From: Acidimicrobiales bacterium
GTDB lineage: Bacteria; Actinomycetota; Acidimicrobiia; Acidimicrobiales; RAAP-2
Direction of reading: 5' to 3'
DNA length: 64,000 nt
Assembly: GCA_036521415.1 (NCBI GenBank)
Contig: DATDHU010000154.1
Location: forward strand, 10,741-74,740
The notes under the pieces are model-generated. The model worked only from the letters and a program-made list of their open reading frames with translations. It did not search any database and was not told the origin of the DNA. Each line of letters opens with the position of its first letter. Position 1 is the first letter of the stretch. Shown in pieces: positions 26,237 through 36,368 of the stretch. The translations under genes were made by a program, and so were the position numbers.

Positions 26237-28171
26237 ATGGACGAGGACGTGGCGCTCGGCTCGACCGAAAGGGGTCTGACTGGCTCGAGCAACACGGCCG
26301 AAGGCCCCAGCAACACGGCCGAAGGCCTGAACAACACGGCCGAAGGCGGCGAGCAGGAGAACGACCAGGACGGCGCTCATCTGCCACTTCGGGAGGCACT
26401 GGCTGCCCGCGTGCTCCGAGTGGGCACCCTACGGCTCGAGACCAAGCTCCTCCTCGGGGCGGTGGTGGCCCAATTGATCGTGGCGGCCATCTTGGTATCG
26501 GTCCGCAATGCGCAGCTGCCGACCATCCAGAGCGACAACTTCGCCCATACGACGGCCACCATGCCGATCCTGGTCTTCGTGGCCTGCGTCGTCTTCTCCT
26601 CGGCCGCATGGGGGCTCATCCTGGCCGGGGCATTCCGGGCGGGTTGGGAAGTCCGGCTCACCGTGGTGGGTTTCTTCTTGTGGGCGATGCTGAGCGAGCA
26701 CGACGTGCTCGATCATGTGAGCGCCCCCGCGGTCTTCGTCTGTTGTCTCCTGTTGGCCGCCGTCGTGGCCACAGCCGTGGCCACCTGGTTCCCCGAGAGT
26801 GCGGGGGGACACCGGGACGTGCCCAACGGCGAGCCCAGCGGGCGGTGGCGGATCCGCCGCCGGCTGCTTCCTCCACTGCTGGTGCTGGCCGTCGGCGCCA
26901 TCTACCTGACGGCGTGGTTGGCCAACCAATCGGCCGGTCACGTCGACGTCTTCACCGACGATGTGGCCGATCAGCTAGCCAGGATCCAGTACATACTCAT
27001 AGCGGTGCTCGTGCTGGCCGGCTCCGAGTTCGGGAGCTGGTCCGACTTCGTCGCCCATCGAGTAGTGCGCCGCATCCGTTCTCTCACCCGCGAGTGGCTC
27101 TTCGGTGGCATCGTCGTCGTCGCCGCCGGCGCCATCCTCTGGAACGGCGTACGGGCCTCCATGCGCAACAACGGTGGCGACCTGGCCCCCGAGCTCCTTC
27201 TGGCCGCCCTGGTGGCCGCGGTGGTGGCGGTTCTCTACCTGGCAGCCAAGCCTCGGGACAAGTGGCCTGGCCATCTACCCTTCGCCGTCCTCGCCGTCGC
27301 GGCTGCAGCCGACTCGACCGTGGGATACGTCGCAGAACGACAGTTCGACCACTCCGACCCTCTGCTCGTCGACAAGGTCTACGGCGTCTCGGCCACCTTC
27401 TGGATCGTCTCGGCCGTGGTCGCCCTACTCGCGCTCGTCATCCTGCGCGGCCGCCTACCGGGGCCGTGGGTAGCCGCCGGGTGCCTAGTTGTCCTCGTCG
27501 GCGCAGTGGACGGATTGACTGAGCTCGATGATATCGGAGTGGTCGTCCATCCCTTCGGGCTCACGTCGTCGGGTCGCGCCGGTCACCTCGTGACCAACGC
27601 GCCCTATCTCGGCATTGAGGGCTTGAAGTCGGTGGCGGCCATGGCCGTGATCGCGGTCGTGGTCTACGCCCTGGCCACCGGGGCCATGCACCGGCTGATC
27701 GTTCCCGTCTCCCTGCTCATCACCCTCACCGTCAGCCTTGAGCTCCTCACCTGGATCGATCTGCTCTTCGGAAAGACCACCGATACGACCGGACGCGTCG
27801 CCCTGTTCGCCGGTGTCGTGTTGGTGGTGGCGCTGGTGTGGGAGCTGGCGTCGTCGGGCGAAGGGTTGACCAACTTGCATTCTCGACAGTTCCCCCGCGA
27901 GTCCCGAGTCATGCTCTACGGCGCCTACATCCTGCTGGTCAGCGCAGCGGTCCTTTTCTTCTCGAGCCTGCACGATGCGGAATCGGCCACGTTGCTCGAG
28001 TCGCAGTTCGACGCCGAGCAGTGGGTGCGCGAGGGCATCCTTTTCCTCGGCGTGCCCCTCGTCATCACCTTGTTCCTGATCGGCATGCAGCGGTGGCGGC
28101 GCCAGTCACCGGTCCTCGGGCATCACCCCGGCGCCGACCTCGGCCGAGGCAAGCTCCCCGACCTCCAGTAG
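26237..28171 (+). CDS. large polytopic membrane protein of unknown function
   Basis: Track ORF 26147..28171; I prefer ATG 26237 (MDEDVALG..). An acidic N-terminal tail with a 7-aa repeat is followed by more than 12 hydrophobic segments. No motif I recognise. Confidence 0.6.
   Translation: MDEDVALGSTERGLTGSSNTAEGPSNTAEGLNNTAEGGEQENDQDGAHLPLREALAARVLRVGTLRLETKLLLGAVVAQLIVAAILVSVRNAQLPTIQSDNFAHTTATMPILVFVACVVFSSAAWGLILAGAFRAGWEVRLTVVGFFLWAMLSEHDVLDHVSAPAVFVCCLLLAAVVATAVATWFPESAGGHRDVPNGEPSGRWRIRRRLLPPLLVLAVGAIYLTAWLANQSAGHVDVFTDDVADQLARIQYILIAVLVLAGSEFGSWSDFVAHRVVRRIRSLTREWLFGGIVVVAAGAILWNGVRASMRNNGGDLAPELLLAALVAAVVAVLYLAAKPRDKWPGHLPFAVLAVAAAADSTVGYVAERQFDHSDPLLVDKVYGVSATFWIVSAVVALLALVILRGRLPGPWVAAGCLVVLVGAVDGLTELDDIGVVVHPFGLTSSGRAGHLVTNAPYLGIEGLKSVAAMAVIAVVVYALATGAMHRLIVPVSLLITLTVSLELLTWIDLLFGKTTDTTGRVALFAGVVLVVALVWELASSGEGLTNLHSRQFPRESRVMLYGAYILLVSAAVLFFSSLHDAESATLLESQFDAEQWVREGILFLGVPLVITLFLIGMQRWRRQSPVLGHHPGADLGRGKLPDLQ
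26288..26350 (+). repeat. 21-bp in-frame tandem repeat x3 in the N-terminal tail of the membrane protein
   Basis: agcaacacggccgaaggcccc / agcaacacggccgaaggcctg / aacaacacggccgaaggcggc, encoding [21 protein letters not shown]. Confidence 0.9.
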
Positions 28172-29890
28172 ACCCGACCCGACGTCCTCGCCCAGCGGGT
28201 GGGCGGAGTGGACGTACTTCCCACCCCGCAGCCACGAGGCCAAAGCGGCGATGAAGGTGGTGGCCGCAGCAAAGTCGAAGGCCAGGCGCAGGCCGTTCTG
28301 GAACGATGGCGAGATCAGTCGGGGGAAGAAGTTGTGCCCGGTCAGGTAAGCGGCACGGGCCGGGCCCAGGCTGACCAGGACGTGGTGCGGGATCTCGGTC
28401 TGGATGGGGTTGTAGCCCAAAAAGGCGGCAAAGAGACTCCCGATTGGCGGCAAATGCGACAGGTGCTGTGCCTGGTCCGCGGGTACGCCTTGGGCGACCA
28501 ACCCCTGGTAGAGGTGGGCCGGTAGCGACGAGGCCAGCCCCAGCGTGACGATCGAGAAGAAGACGCCTATGGAAAGCACCTGGGCCGAGTTCATGAATGT
28601 GGCGTTCATCCCCGCGCCGGCGCCCCGCTGGTCGGGGGGAAGGCTGTTCATCACCGCGGTCTGGTTGGGAGCGAAGAAGAGGCCGGAGAAGAGCGAGAAG
28701 AACAAGATGATGGCGGCGAAGGGCAGGTAACTGAAGTCCATCGGCAGCGTCTCCAGCAGCAGGTAGCAAATGCCGGCGCCGACCAACCCGATGGTGGCGA
28801 TTCCCCGGGCGCCGTAGCGGTCGGCCACGATGCCGGAGATCGGGCCGGTGATCAGGAACCCGACGGTGAGCGGGATCATGTAAATGCCGGCCCACAACGG
28901 GGTCTGGGCGAAGTCGTATCCGTGCTGGGGCAGCCAGATCCCCTGCAGCCAGATGATCAGCATGAACTGCAGGCCGCCCCGACCCATGGCCGACAGCATC
29001 GAGGCCACCACGCCGGCGGTGAAGGCCCGGATGCGGAACAGGTGGAGCTGGAACATAGGGTTGGCCACCCGCTGCTCGATCATGACGAAGGCGACCAAGG
29101 TGGCGATGCCACCGATCACGGTGCCGAGGACGAAGGGGCTCGTCCAACCCATGGTGTGGCCGCCGTAGGGCTGGATCCCGTAGACGATCCCGGTCAGCAC
29201 GGCGACCAACCCGACGGCAAAGGTGATGTTGCCCGCCCAGTCGATCGAGCTCTTGACCCGGACGCCGTTGTCCCGCAGCTTCAGGTAGGCCCAGATGGTC
29301 CCCAACAGCCCGAAGGGCACCGACACCAAGAAGACGAGTCGCCATTCGACCGGGGCGAGGATACCGCCGAGGATGAGACCGAGGAACGAACCGGTGACCA
29401 GAGCCACCCCGTTAATCCCCATGGCCTTGCCCCGTTCGTCCTCGGGGAAGGCGTCGGTGATGATGGCGCTGGAGTTGGCGAACAGGAATGCCCCGCCGAC
29501 CCCCTGGCCGATGCGCATCAGGATGATCCACAGCGCCGCAGCCGGCCCGGTCATCCAGGTGACCGACAGGAGTATGGAGAAAAAGGTGAAGACGGCAAAG
29601 CCGAGGTTGTACATCCGCACTCGCCCGTACATATCCCCAACCCGGCCGAAGCTGACGACCAGCACCGCCGTCACCAACATGAAACCGATGAGGATCCACA
29701 GGAAGTACGACGTGTTGCCCGGAGCCAGCGGCTGTAGGTCGATGCCCCGGAAGATGTCGGGTAACGAGATCAGCAGAATGGACGTGTTGATGGTGACCAT
29801 GAGGATGCCCAGGGTGGTGTTGGACAGGGCAATCCACTTGTAACGGTCCTGGCGGGGGTTGGTGGCTAGAGCATCGAGGCCATCGGTCAT
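28106..29890 (-). CDS. MFS transporter, DHA2 family
   Basis: 594 aa with [44 protein letters not shown] and many TM segments. Its 3' end overlaps the convergent membrane-protein gene by 66 nt. Confidence 0.88.
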   Translation of the reverse strand: MTDGLDALATNPRQDRYKWIALSNTTLGILMVTINTSILLISLPDIFRGIDLQPLAPGNTSYFLWILIGFMLVTAVLVVSFGRVGDMYGRVRMYNLGFAVFTFFSILLSVTWMTGPAAALWIILMRIGQGVGGAFLFANSSAIITDAFPEDERGKAMGINGVALVTGSFLGLILGGILAPVEWRLVFLVSVPFGLLGTIWAYLKLRDNGVRVKSSIDWAGNITFAVGLVAVLTGIVYGIQPYGGHTMGWTSPFVLGTVIGGIATLVAFVMIEQRVANPMFQLHLFRIRAFTAGVVASMLSAMGRGGLQFMLIIWLQGIWLPQHGYDFAQTPLWAGIYMIPLTVGFLITGPISGIVADRYGARGIATIGLVGAGICYLLLETLPMDFSYLPFAAIILFFSLFSGLFFAPNQTAVMNSLPPDQRGAGAGMNATFMNSAQVLSIGVFFSIVTLGLASSLPAHLYQGLVAQGVPADQAQHLSHLPPIGSLFAAFLGYNPIQTEIPHHVLVSLGPARAAYLTGHNFFPRLISPSFQNGLRLAFDFAAATTFIAALASWLRGGKYVHSAHPLGEDVGSGLLEVGELASAEVGAGVMPEDR

Positions 29891-29986
29891 GAGGCGGAGC
29901 GACCGTTGTCCGCCGGCGTACCGGTCGCCGACGATGGTCCCCCACTAAGTCTGTCCCCCATCACGACGATGCAACCGTTCCGGTCA

Positions 29987-30472
29987 TCACGATGATGCCA
30001 CCGTTCCGGCCTTGGACGTGTTCGATGCAGTGGGCTTCGGGTGGATGACGAGCAGGGCGCCCGACCAACGGTGGAGCAGGCGCACCGAGACCGATCCATG
30101 AGCCAGGCCTCCCAGCGCGCCATGACGCCTCCCGGCCACGACAATGGTGTCGGCCTCGAGGCCGGCGGCGACCCGCATCAGCTCGGAAGCCGGGTCTCCC
30201 TCTCCCACCTCGAATCGCCAGCGCACACCGCTCGGGTCGAGGATGGCGATGCACTGGGCCTCGGCCAGCGCCTGGTCGCCATCCAGCGCGTCCTGCACCG
30301 CTCCGGCGCTGAGCCCTCCGGTGGCCAGCACGCCGACCCCGGCGAAGGAGACATGGCGGACGAACAGCACGACCAGTTGGCGCCCGCTCGCCCTGGCGAT
30401 CGCCCCCGCCTCTTCGACTGCCAGCCGGCTCGTCTCCGACCCGTCGGTTCCAACCACGATCGGTCCACGCAT
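29987..30472 (-). CDS. universal stress protein family
   Basis: ORF trimmed to ATG 30472. MRGPIVVGTDGSETSRLAVEEA.., ..ADTIVVAGRRHGALGGLAHGSVSVRLLH... Confidence 0.85.
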   Translation of the reverse strand: MRGPIVVGTDGSETSRLAVEEAGAIARASGRQLVVLFVRHVSFAGVGVLATGGLSAGAVQDALDGDQALAEAQCIAILDPSGVRWRFEVGEGDPASELMRVAAGLEADTIVVAGRRHGALGGLAHGSVSVRLLHRWSGALLVIHPKPTASNTSKAGTVASS

Positions 30473-30513
30473 CTCGGCCTCCTCCCTCCAGCCTCGACCC
30501 CTACCCACGGAAA

Positions 30514-30534
30514 CTAGATGTACGATACAGCTAG
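30514..30534. promoter_or_regulatory. 21-bp palindrome in the USP/MarR divergent intergenic region; candidate MarR operator
   Basis: CTAGATGTA-cga-TACAGCTAG; the arms match 8 of 9 as reverse complements. Confidence 0.45.
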
Positions 30535-30613
30535 ATGGACAAAGTCTATCGGGTGGCGGGCGCGTAGGAAATTTGAGCCGCGAACGGAATGGAACCGAGC
30601 GAGGGTTGTGAAC

Positions 30614-31096
30614 ATGGAGCAGGCGGCCGACTCGATCAGCATCATCGAGATGGAGCTCATGACGCTGGTGCGCCAACTCGACACACTCGGGCGAAAGGGC
30701 TCGCTCTACGACCAGGTCGATCGGGCCGGCTACCTGGCCCTGCGCACGCTCGAGCGGCTCGGGCCCATCCGCACCAACGCCCTGGCCGAAGCGCTCCACC
30801 TCGATGCGTCGACGGTCACCCGGCAGGTGACGGCGCTTGTGGCCGGTGGGTTCGTCGCCCGCCGACCCGATCCGGCTGATGGGCGCTCATCCACCCTGGC
30901 GCTCACGGCAGGGGGCCGGCGGATCATGCGCGCCGTCGAGAAAGAGCGGCGGCGCATGCTCAACGAGATGTTCTGCGATTGGTCCGAGAACGACCGGCGC
31001 GACCTCGGCCGGGTCCTGACCAAGCTCAACGTCTCGCTCATCGAGCGGGTGGCAATGTTGCGGGAGCAGGGCTCGCCGGCTCCCAGCGGCGACTGA
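30614..31096 (+). CDS. MarR family transcriptional regulator
   Basis: ORF trimmed to ATG 30614. Winged helix LRTLERLGPIRTNALAEALHLDASTVTRQVTALVAGGFVARRPDPADGR. Confidence 0.85.
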   Translation: MEQAADSISIIEMELMTLVRQLDTLGRKGSLYDQVDRAGYLALRTLERLGPIRTNALAEALHLDASTVTRQVTALVAGGFVARRPDPADGRSSTLALTAGGRRIMRAVEKERRRMLNEMFCDWSENDRRDLGRVLTKLNVSLIERVAMLREQGSPAPSGD

Positions 31097-31166
31097 CCAG
31101 GAGCACCGTTGCCACCCCCGGAGCGAACAATCACCCAAAGAGCGAACAATCAGATGTCGCCGAGCC

Positions 31167-31652
31167 TCAGGCCGACGCACCCGAGCCGGCATTGGCCACT
31201 GTCCGAGCCAGGATGCCCAGTGTGGCCCGCAGCGCCCCTTCCGAGATGACCGGGAAGATCCCAGCGTCGCGGTAGGCCGGATCGATGGACGACCAGTCGT
31301 AGTACGAGGTGACCTTGGTCCCTTCCTCGTCGGGCTCGAGCAGATAGCCGTAGACGTGCCCGATCTGGGGCCGGAGCTCGCCCAGGATCGTCCATTCGAT
31401 CTGGCGGTCGGGATCCAACGCCGTGATGGTGACGGTCACGTCGTAGCGGCCCATCGGGTAGTCGTTGAGCGCCTCGCGATCCATGTGCACGACGAAGGTG
31501 TCGCCCACCGCGGTCACCGGCTCGCCGGTGGCGTCCATGAGCATGCCGGAGCTGTCGATGGCCACGTGGCCGTGCGGATCGCTCAGGACCCGGAAGATCG
31601 ACGCCGAGTCGGCCGGGATCATCCGCTCGACCTCCAACCGTTCGCTCGTCAT
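31167..31652 (-). CDS. SRPBCC (polyketide cyclase/dehydrase-like) family protein
   Basis: ORF trimmed to ATG 31652 (MTSERLEVERMIPADSASIFRVLSDPHGH..); size and pattern fit the SRPBCC fold. Confidence 0.65.
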   Translation of the reverse strand: MTSERLEVERMIPADSASIFRVLSDPHGHVAIDSSGMLMDATGEPVTAVGDTFVVHMDREALNDYPMGRYDVTVTITALDPDRQIEWTILGELRPQIGHVYGYLLEPDEEGTKVTSYYDWSSIDPAYRDAGIFPVISEGALRATLGILARTVANAGSGASA

Positions 31653-31734
31653 CCCCTCATCCTGCCATGAGGTCGGAGGCTCAGCTCGGCGAAAGGGGCG
31701 CCCGCCGACGGCGGCCCTTCGGGGCTGCATAGGT

Positions 31735-32085
31735 CTAGGAGATCCCGTCGATGAGCTGGATCAGCTCCGCCCGGTCGTAGCCCTGGCGCTGAGCCAAGTT
31801 GACCAGCTCCCGGGCCCTCGTGACCAGCACGCCCTTGCTCGGCGCGTCGCCGGCCACGGTGATCCCTCGCCCCCGGCGGAACTCCAGGAGCCCCTCGTCT
31901 CGAAGGTTGCGCAGTGCCCGGAGCACGGTGTTGGAGTTGACGCCGAGCACGGCGGCGAGATCACGGGCCGGCGGTAGCCGCTCCCCCGGGCCGGCCTCTC
32001 CCTCGGATATGGCCCGCCGGAGTCGCCCGGCAACCTGTTCGTGCAGCGGGGTGGGGCTACCGGGATCGACCTGGACTTCCAACAT
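31735..32085 (-). CDS. small GntR family (YtrA-like) transcriptional regulator
   Basis: Only the last 116 aa of the 403-aa track ORF are real. MLEVQVDPGSPTPLHEQVAGRLRRAISEG..GERLPPARDLAAVLGVNSNTVLRALRNLRDEGLLEFRRGRGITV. Confidence 0.8.
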   Translation of the reverse strand: MLEVQVDPGSPTPLHEQVAGRLRRAISEGEAGPGERLPPARDLAAVLGVNSNTVLRALRNLRDEGLLEFRRGRGITVAGDAPSKGVLVTRARELVNLAQRQGYDRAELIQLIDGIS

Positions 32086-32106
32086 GGTGCTAGTTACAAT
32101 ATCACT

Positions 32107-33396
32107 ATGACGCACGGGGGGCAGGCGACGCTGACGGACCGGCGCCCACCGTCGAGCAGCCCGGTGCAGGATGCCCAGGCTCTGATCGAAGAGGCGCGCC
32201 GACGCCACCGGAGGCGACGAAGATGGGCGGCGGCGGCCATCGTGGCCGTGGCCGTGGTCGCGCTCCTTGTCACCCTGGCAGTGGGAGGCTTCAACGGGAG
32301 CGAGTCGACGAGCCCCACACCGCCACCCGGTGAAGCCGCCGCGCCGGGCGCGCCGCCCGGTGGGGCGTTGTCCTCCCCGCCCGGCTCCGGCTCGGTGGGG
32401 GCAGGAGCGACGTCGATCGATTTCCTCGATCCTGATCACGGCTGGATAGCCACGGGCTGTTCCTCCGAGTGCATCGTCTCCAACCCGGTCATCGTCCGGA
32501 CCGACGACGGCGGCCGCACCTGGAAACGGACCCGGGTGCCGGACATGGCCGTCATGCCCATCAGCCCGTCGGTCTGGCGTTCCTTGGGAGGCGTCGTCGA
32601 CGTGCGCTTCGTCAGTCGCACCCACGGCTGGTATCTCCAGGCCGGCGAGCTGTGGGGCACCACCGACGGGGGCACGATCTGGCGATCGTCCCATCTCGGC
32701 GTGGTGAGGGACTTCGCCACTTCGGGTGAGGATGCCTGGGCCCTGGTCGACGACTGCCCGGTCACCTACTCGCTCAATCCGTGCACACGGTTCCACGTCG
32801 CCTACCGAACCCGAGCGGACCCGTCGTGGCGGCGAGCCACGATGAGCTTGTCCACCGGTGGCGGGCCGTCGGCTGGTGCGCTGCTCGTTGCGGCCAACCA
32901 CACCGCCTTGGTGGGCACGGCGGGCGGCCTCTTCACAGCGACGCAAACCGGTGCCCTGGTGCCTGCGGATCCGACGTGCCAGCCCATCGGCGACTTGAGC
33001 CCCGGGCGGCTCCTGGGCCGGTGCGGGATCGGCGGCGGAGGCGACGCATCAGTCTTCTCCTTCGCCCTCTCCGGCGATGGAGGACGCCACTGGTCTCACC
33101 TACTCGGGGGTCCGCCATCGCGGGCCTGGTCGGGGGCGTCGACCACCAACGGGGCCGGTGTGCTCTTCACGATCACCGGTGGCGCGACACTCTGGCGGGT
33201 CGACACCACCGGCGGGGCTTGGGCACCGGTCCTCCAGACCACAGCGGGCACAACCGACGAGCTCTACCCGATCTACTTCGCCGACGCCCACCACGGCTTC
33301 GTCTTCGAGAGCGGAAGCTCAGGGACCCGTCTGCTGGCCACCCACGATGCCGGGCTTACGTGGAACGCTGTCCCGTTGCCGCTACCGGGAAGCTGA
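32107..33396 (+). CDS. membrane-anchored BNR/Asp-box beta-propeller protein (Ycf48/sialidase-like fold)
   Basis: ATG 32107. A TM anchor (AAAAIVAVAVVALLVTLAV) is followed by four Asp-boxes: TDDGGRTW, TTDGGTIW, SGDGGRHW and THDAGLTW. Confidence 0.65.
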   Translation: MTHGGQATLTDRRPPSSSPVQDAQALIEEARRRHRRRRRWAAAAIVAVAVVALLVTLAVGGFNGSESTSPTPPPGEAAAPGAPPGGALSSPPGSGSVGAGATSIDFLDPDHGWIATGCSSECIVSNPVIVRTDDGGRTWKRTRVPDMAVMPISPSVWRSLGGVVDVRFVSRTHGWYLQAGELWGTTDGGTIWRSSHLGVVRDFATSGEDAWALVDDCPVTYSLNPCTRFHVAYRTRADPSWRRATMSLSTGGGPSAGALLVAANHTALVGTAGGLFTATQTGALVPADPTCQPIGDLSPGRLLGRCGIGGGGDASVFSFALSGDGGRHWSHLLGGPPSRAWSGASTTNGAGVLFTITGGATLWRVDTTGGAWAPVLQTTAGTTDELYPIYFADAHHGFVFESGSSGTRLLATHDAGLTWNAVPLPLPGS

Positions 33397-33520
33397 AACG
33401 GGAAGGTTCATTCGTAAAGCGTCGTGCTCGCAGGGTCGAGAGTCCAACGCGTGGGCAGCATATTCTGGGTCTCAGGCGCTGTGTCTCCGGTGCACAGCCT
33501 TCGTCCCCGATCGAGCACCA

Positions 33521-34201
33521 ATGGCCCACGACAAGTCCGACGATGAACAGGCGCTGATGGCCGGTGAGTTCTCGACCTGGATCGTCGACATGCAGGCGGC
33601 GATGCTCGGTACGAGTGGGGCGGACGTACCGTGCGATGGGTGCACGGCCTGTTGCACCTCGTCACAATTCGTCCACATATCCCCCGACGAGACCGACACG
33701 CTCTCCCACGTACCCGCAGACCTCTTGTTCCCCGCGCCCCGCTTGCCCTCCGGCCATGTCGTGCTCGGGTATGACGAACGCGGTCGCTGTCCGATGTTGA
33801 TCGACAACCGGTGCTCGATCTACGAGCACCGGCCGAGAGCCTGCCGCACGTACGACTGCCGGGTCTTTCCTGCCGCCGGCGTCGAGGTCGACGATGAGCA
33901 GAGCTCCATCGCCCAACGAGTGCGGCGATGGCAGTTCACCTTTCCCACCGATGCCGACCGGATCGAGCACGACGCAGTTCGCGCCGCCGCTAGCTTCCTC
34001 GATGACCACAGGGACATGCTCCGGGCCGCCGGCCTTCCGGTCAACGCAAAGGAACGCGCCGTGCTGGCCGTCCGGATCTACCGGGCTTTTCTGGGCTGCG
34101 ACGTGGCGAACGGCAGTGTCGCAGTCGTCGATCCCGATCCCGAGGTCGTGCGAGCCGAGATCGAGCACCTCACGGAGGGCAGTGTCCACAGGCCTGTCTG
34201 A
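33521..34201 (+). CDS. YkgJ family cysteine-cluster protein
   Basis: ATG 33521. CDGCTACCTS .. CPMLIDNRCSIYEHRPRACRTYDC signature. Confidence 0.75.
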   Translation: MAHDKSDDEQALMAGEFSTWIVDMQAAMLGTSGADVPCDGCTACCTSSQFVHISPDETDTLSHVPADLLFPAPRLPSGHVVLGYDERGRCPMLIDNRCSIYEHRPRACRTYDCRVFPAAGVEVDDEQSSIAQRVRRWQFTFPTDADRIEHDAVRAAASFLDDHRDMLRAAGLPVNAKERAVLAVRIYRAFLGCDVANGSVAVVDPDPEVVRAEIEHLTEGSVHRPV

Positions 34202-34256
34202 TGTGCCGCCGTTCATGGCGGGCATCGACTGGACTTCGGTGGGGCCCGTGTTCAAT

Positions 34257-35123
34257 ATGGAAGGCATGCCCAGCGATACTGCCCTCCTAGCCGGGCGCCC
34301 GGTCCACCGGATGGGGTTCGGCGCCATGCAGCTACCCGGACCCGGCGTGTTCGGGCCGCCGGCCGACCAGGGCCAGGCCCTCGCCGTATTGCGCCGGGGG
34401 GTCGAGGCCGGGATCGACCATATCGACACGGCCCAGTTCTACGGACCAAACGTGGCCAATGAGCTGATTCACGAAGCTCTCTTCCCCTACCCCGAGAACC
34501 TCGTCCTGGTCTCGAAAGTCGGCGCGGTGCGCGACGAGAAACGCCAGTGGCTGCCCGCCCAGCGCCCCGAGGACCTGCGGGCGGGAGTCGAGGCCAACCT
34601 GGCCACTTTGGAGCTCGACCAAGTCCCGGTCGTCAACCTCCGGCGCCACCACGAGTCCGACGTACCGTTGGCAGAGCAACTCGACGCCATGATGACTCTT
34701 CGGGACGAGGGACTCATCGGCGCCATCGGGCTGAGCGACGTGGCACTGGACGACTATCGGGCGGCCCGCTCCCGGACCGACGTGGCCTGCGTGCAAAACG
34801 CCTACAACCTGACCGACCGCAGCGACCAACCGCTGTTCGACGCCTGCCGAGCGGACGCGGTGCCCTATGTACCGTTCTTCCCACTCGGGTCGGCGTTCTT
34901 TGCCGACAACCCCGTCCTCGACGCCCCAGTAGTCGAAGAGACTGCTCGCCGACTCGGTGCCACCCGAGCACAGGTGGCCCTGGCCTGGCTGCTGGACCAG
35001 GCACCGACCGTGCTGCTCATCCCGGGAACGTCGTCGCCGGCCCACCTGGAGGAAAACCTGGCCGCCGCCCACCTGGTCCTCGACGAGGCGGCCGCTGAGG
35101 CGTTGGGCAAGGCGGCGGACTGA
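34257..35123 (+). CDS. aldo/keto reductase
   Basis: GFGAMQL, GIDHIDTAQFYG, AIGLSDV, VQNAYNL and LLIPGTSSPAHLEEN. The start is 34257 or 34266. Confidence 0.88.
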   Translation: MEGMPSDTALLAGRPVHRMGFGAMQLPGPGVFGPPADQGQALAVLRRGVEAGIDHIDTAQFYGPNVANELIHEALFPYPENLVLVSKVGAVRDEKRQWLPAQRPEDLRAGVEANLATLELDQVPVVNLRRHHESDVPLAEQLDAMMTLRDEGLIGAIGLSDVALDDYRAARSRTDVACVQNAYNLTDRSDQPLFDACRADAVPYVPFFPLGSAFFADNPVLDAPVVEETARRLGATRAQVALAWLLDQAPTVLLIPGTSSPAHLEENLAAAHLVLDEAAAEALGKAAD

Positions 35124-35150
35124 ACGGCGAACCGGGATCGGCCGCGTAGA

Positions 35151-35726
35151 TCACGGCTGCGTGGCGAGCTGCACCGCAGCGACCGCTGCCTCCCGGGCGG
35201 AAGCCATGGGCTCGATGCTCCGAGCGGCCCGGCACAAGATGAAAGCACCCTCGAGCAGCGCAACCACTGCGAAGGTCAGTCGCCGGGCCCTACCCGGGTC
35301 GATCCCGGAGGCGACGAAGCGCTCGGTGCCGGAGTCGATCCAGGACTCGAATACCTCGGCCGTGGCCAACCGGAGCGGCTCGTTGGTGCTCGCCACCTCC
35401 AACGCCACCGTGGCGATGGGACAGGCGTCGGCGTAGTCGGTCGCCTCCAGCACCGCGGCCGCCCCTTCGAAAACGTCCCTGATGCTCGTCACCACGTCGG
35501 GAGCCGTGTCCCAGACTCCTTCGACCAGGTGCTGGTAGTCCAGACCCGAGCTGCGGATCACGTCGGCGGCCAGCTCGTCCTTTCCGCCGGGGAAGTGGTG
35601 GTAGAGGGAGGAGAACTGGGCACTGGCCTCCGTGAGGATCTGCTTGATGCCGGTCCCGGCGAGCCCCTGCCGCTGGAAGAGGCGTGCACCCGTCGCGACC
35701 AACCGCGCTCTCGTGTCAGTCGCCAT
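35151..35726 (-). CDS. TetR/AcrR family transcriptional regulator
   Basis: ORF trimmed to ATG 35726. ARLFQRQGLAGTGIKQILTEASAQFSSLYHHFPGGKDEL. Confidence 0.85.
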   Translation of the reverse strand: MATDTRARLVATGARLFQRQGLAGTGIKQILTEASAQFSSLYHHFPGGKDELAADVIRSSGLDYQHLVEGVWDTAPDVVTSIRDVFEGAAAVLEATDYADACPIATVALEVASTNEPLRLATAEVFESWIDSGTERFVASGIDPGRARRLTFAVVALLEGAFILCRAARSIEPMASAREAAVAAVQLATQP

Positions 35727-35788
35727 GTTTCCTCCACCAGCCCTTATCGCAACGCTTTGCCTGCGTCTGTGAGTATAGCTATCGTGAT

Positions 35789-35800
35789 TGGATCGATCCA
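35789..35800. promoter_or_regulatory. perfect 12-bp palindrome between the TetR and SnoaL-like genes; candidate TetR operator
   Basis: TGGATCGATCCA, flanked by the related CCAATCGATC. Confidence 0.4.
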
Positions 35801-35826
35801 TCCAATCGATCTCCCCAGGAGGCGCG

Positions 35827-36258
35827 ATGTACAAGTCAGCCGTACGATGGATGATCCGCAGGAACGTCCGGGCCCTCCGGGCCGGCGATCCGGGCCCACT
35901 GCTCGCCGGCTACTCCGACGACGCCGTGCTCGTCTTCCCCGGCGAGAGCTCGTGGAGTGGCGAGCACCGCGGCAAAGCGGCCATAGAAGCATTTCTCCGT
36001 CGTTTCCTTGAAAACGGCCTGGTCGGAGAAACCGAGGACATCCTGGTCAACGGTCCTCCGTGGCGGACCACTATCTGCGTCCTGTTCTTGGTCAACGCCA
36101 CCGACGCGGCCGGCACGGTCGTGTACGAGAACCGCGCCGTGCTGTTCGTCCGGGCCGTGTGGGGCAGGATCGTCTACCAAGAGGACTTCGAGAACACCCA
36201 TAAGGTCGAAGCCTTCGAGGCATTCCTGGCCCGCGGGCAAACGGCCGGCCGGACCTGA
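35827..36258 (+). CDS. SnoaL-like / NTF2-fold (ketosteroid isomerase-like) protein
   Basis: AGGAGG lies 7 nt upstream of ATG 35827. MYKSAVRWMIRRNVRALRAGD.., FLRRFLENGL.., VWGRIVYQEDFENT. Confidence 0.65.
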   Translation: MYKSAVRWMIRRNVRALRAGDPGPLLAGYSDDAVLVFPGESSWSGEHRGKAAIEAFLRRFLENGLVGETEDILVNGPPWRTTICVLFLVNATDAAGTVVYENRAVLFVRAVWGRIVYQEDFENTHKVEAFEAFLARGQTAGRT

Positions 36259-36368
36259 GGGCCCTTCGGGTCCGTAGTCCGGAGGTCGAGGTCGAGCGGG
36301 GCCCGGCGCCCTCAAGCCGGGTCGACCGGCATGTACCAGGGGCCGCCGACCGCGGGCCCAGGGGACTT

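Noticed and set aside
31735-32946. 403-aa minus-strand ORF
   Set aside because: Only the C-terminal 116 aa are GntR-like. The rest is antisense to the Asp-box propeller gene and is Arg/Gly/Pro-rich.
36250-36300. Possible terminator hairpin after the SnoaL-like gene (CGGACC..GGTCCG)
   Set aside because: It has only a 6-bp stem with a 13-nt loop and alternative pairings. That is too weak to report as a feature.
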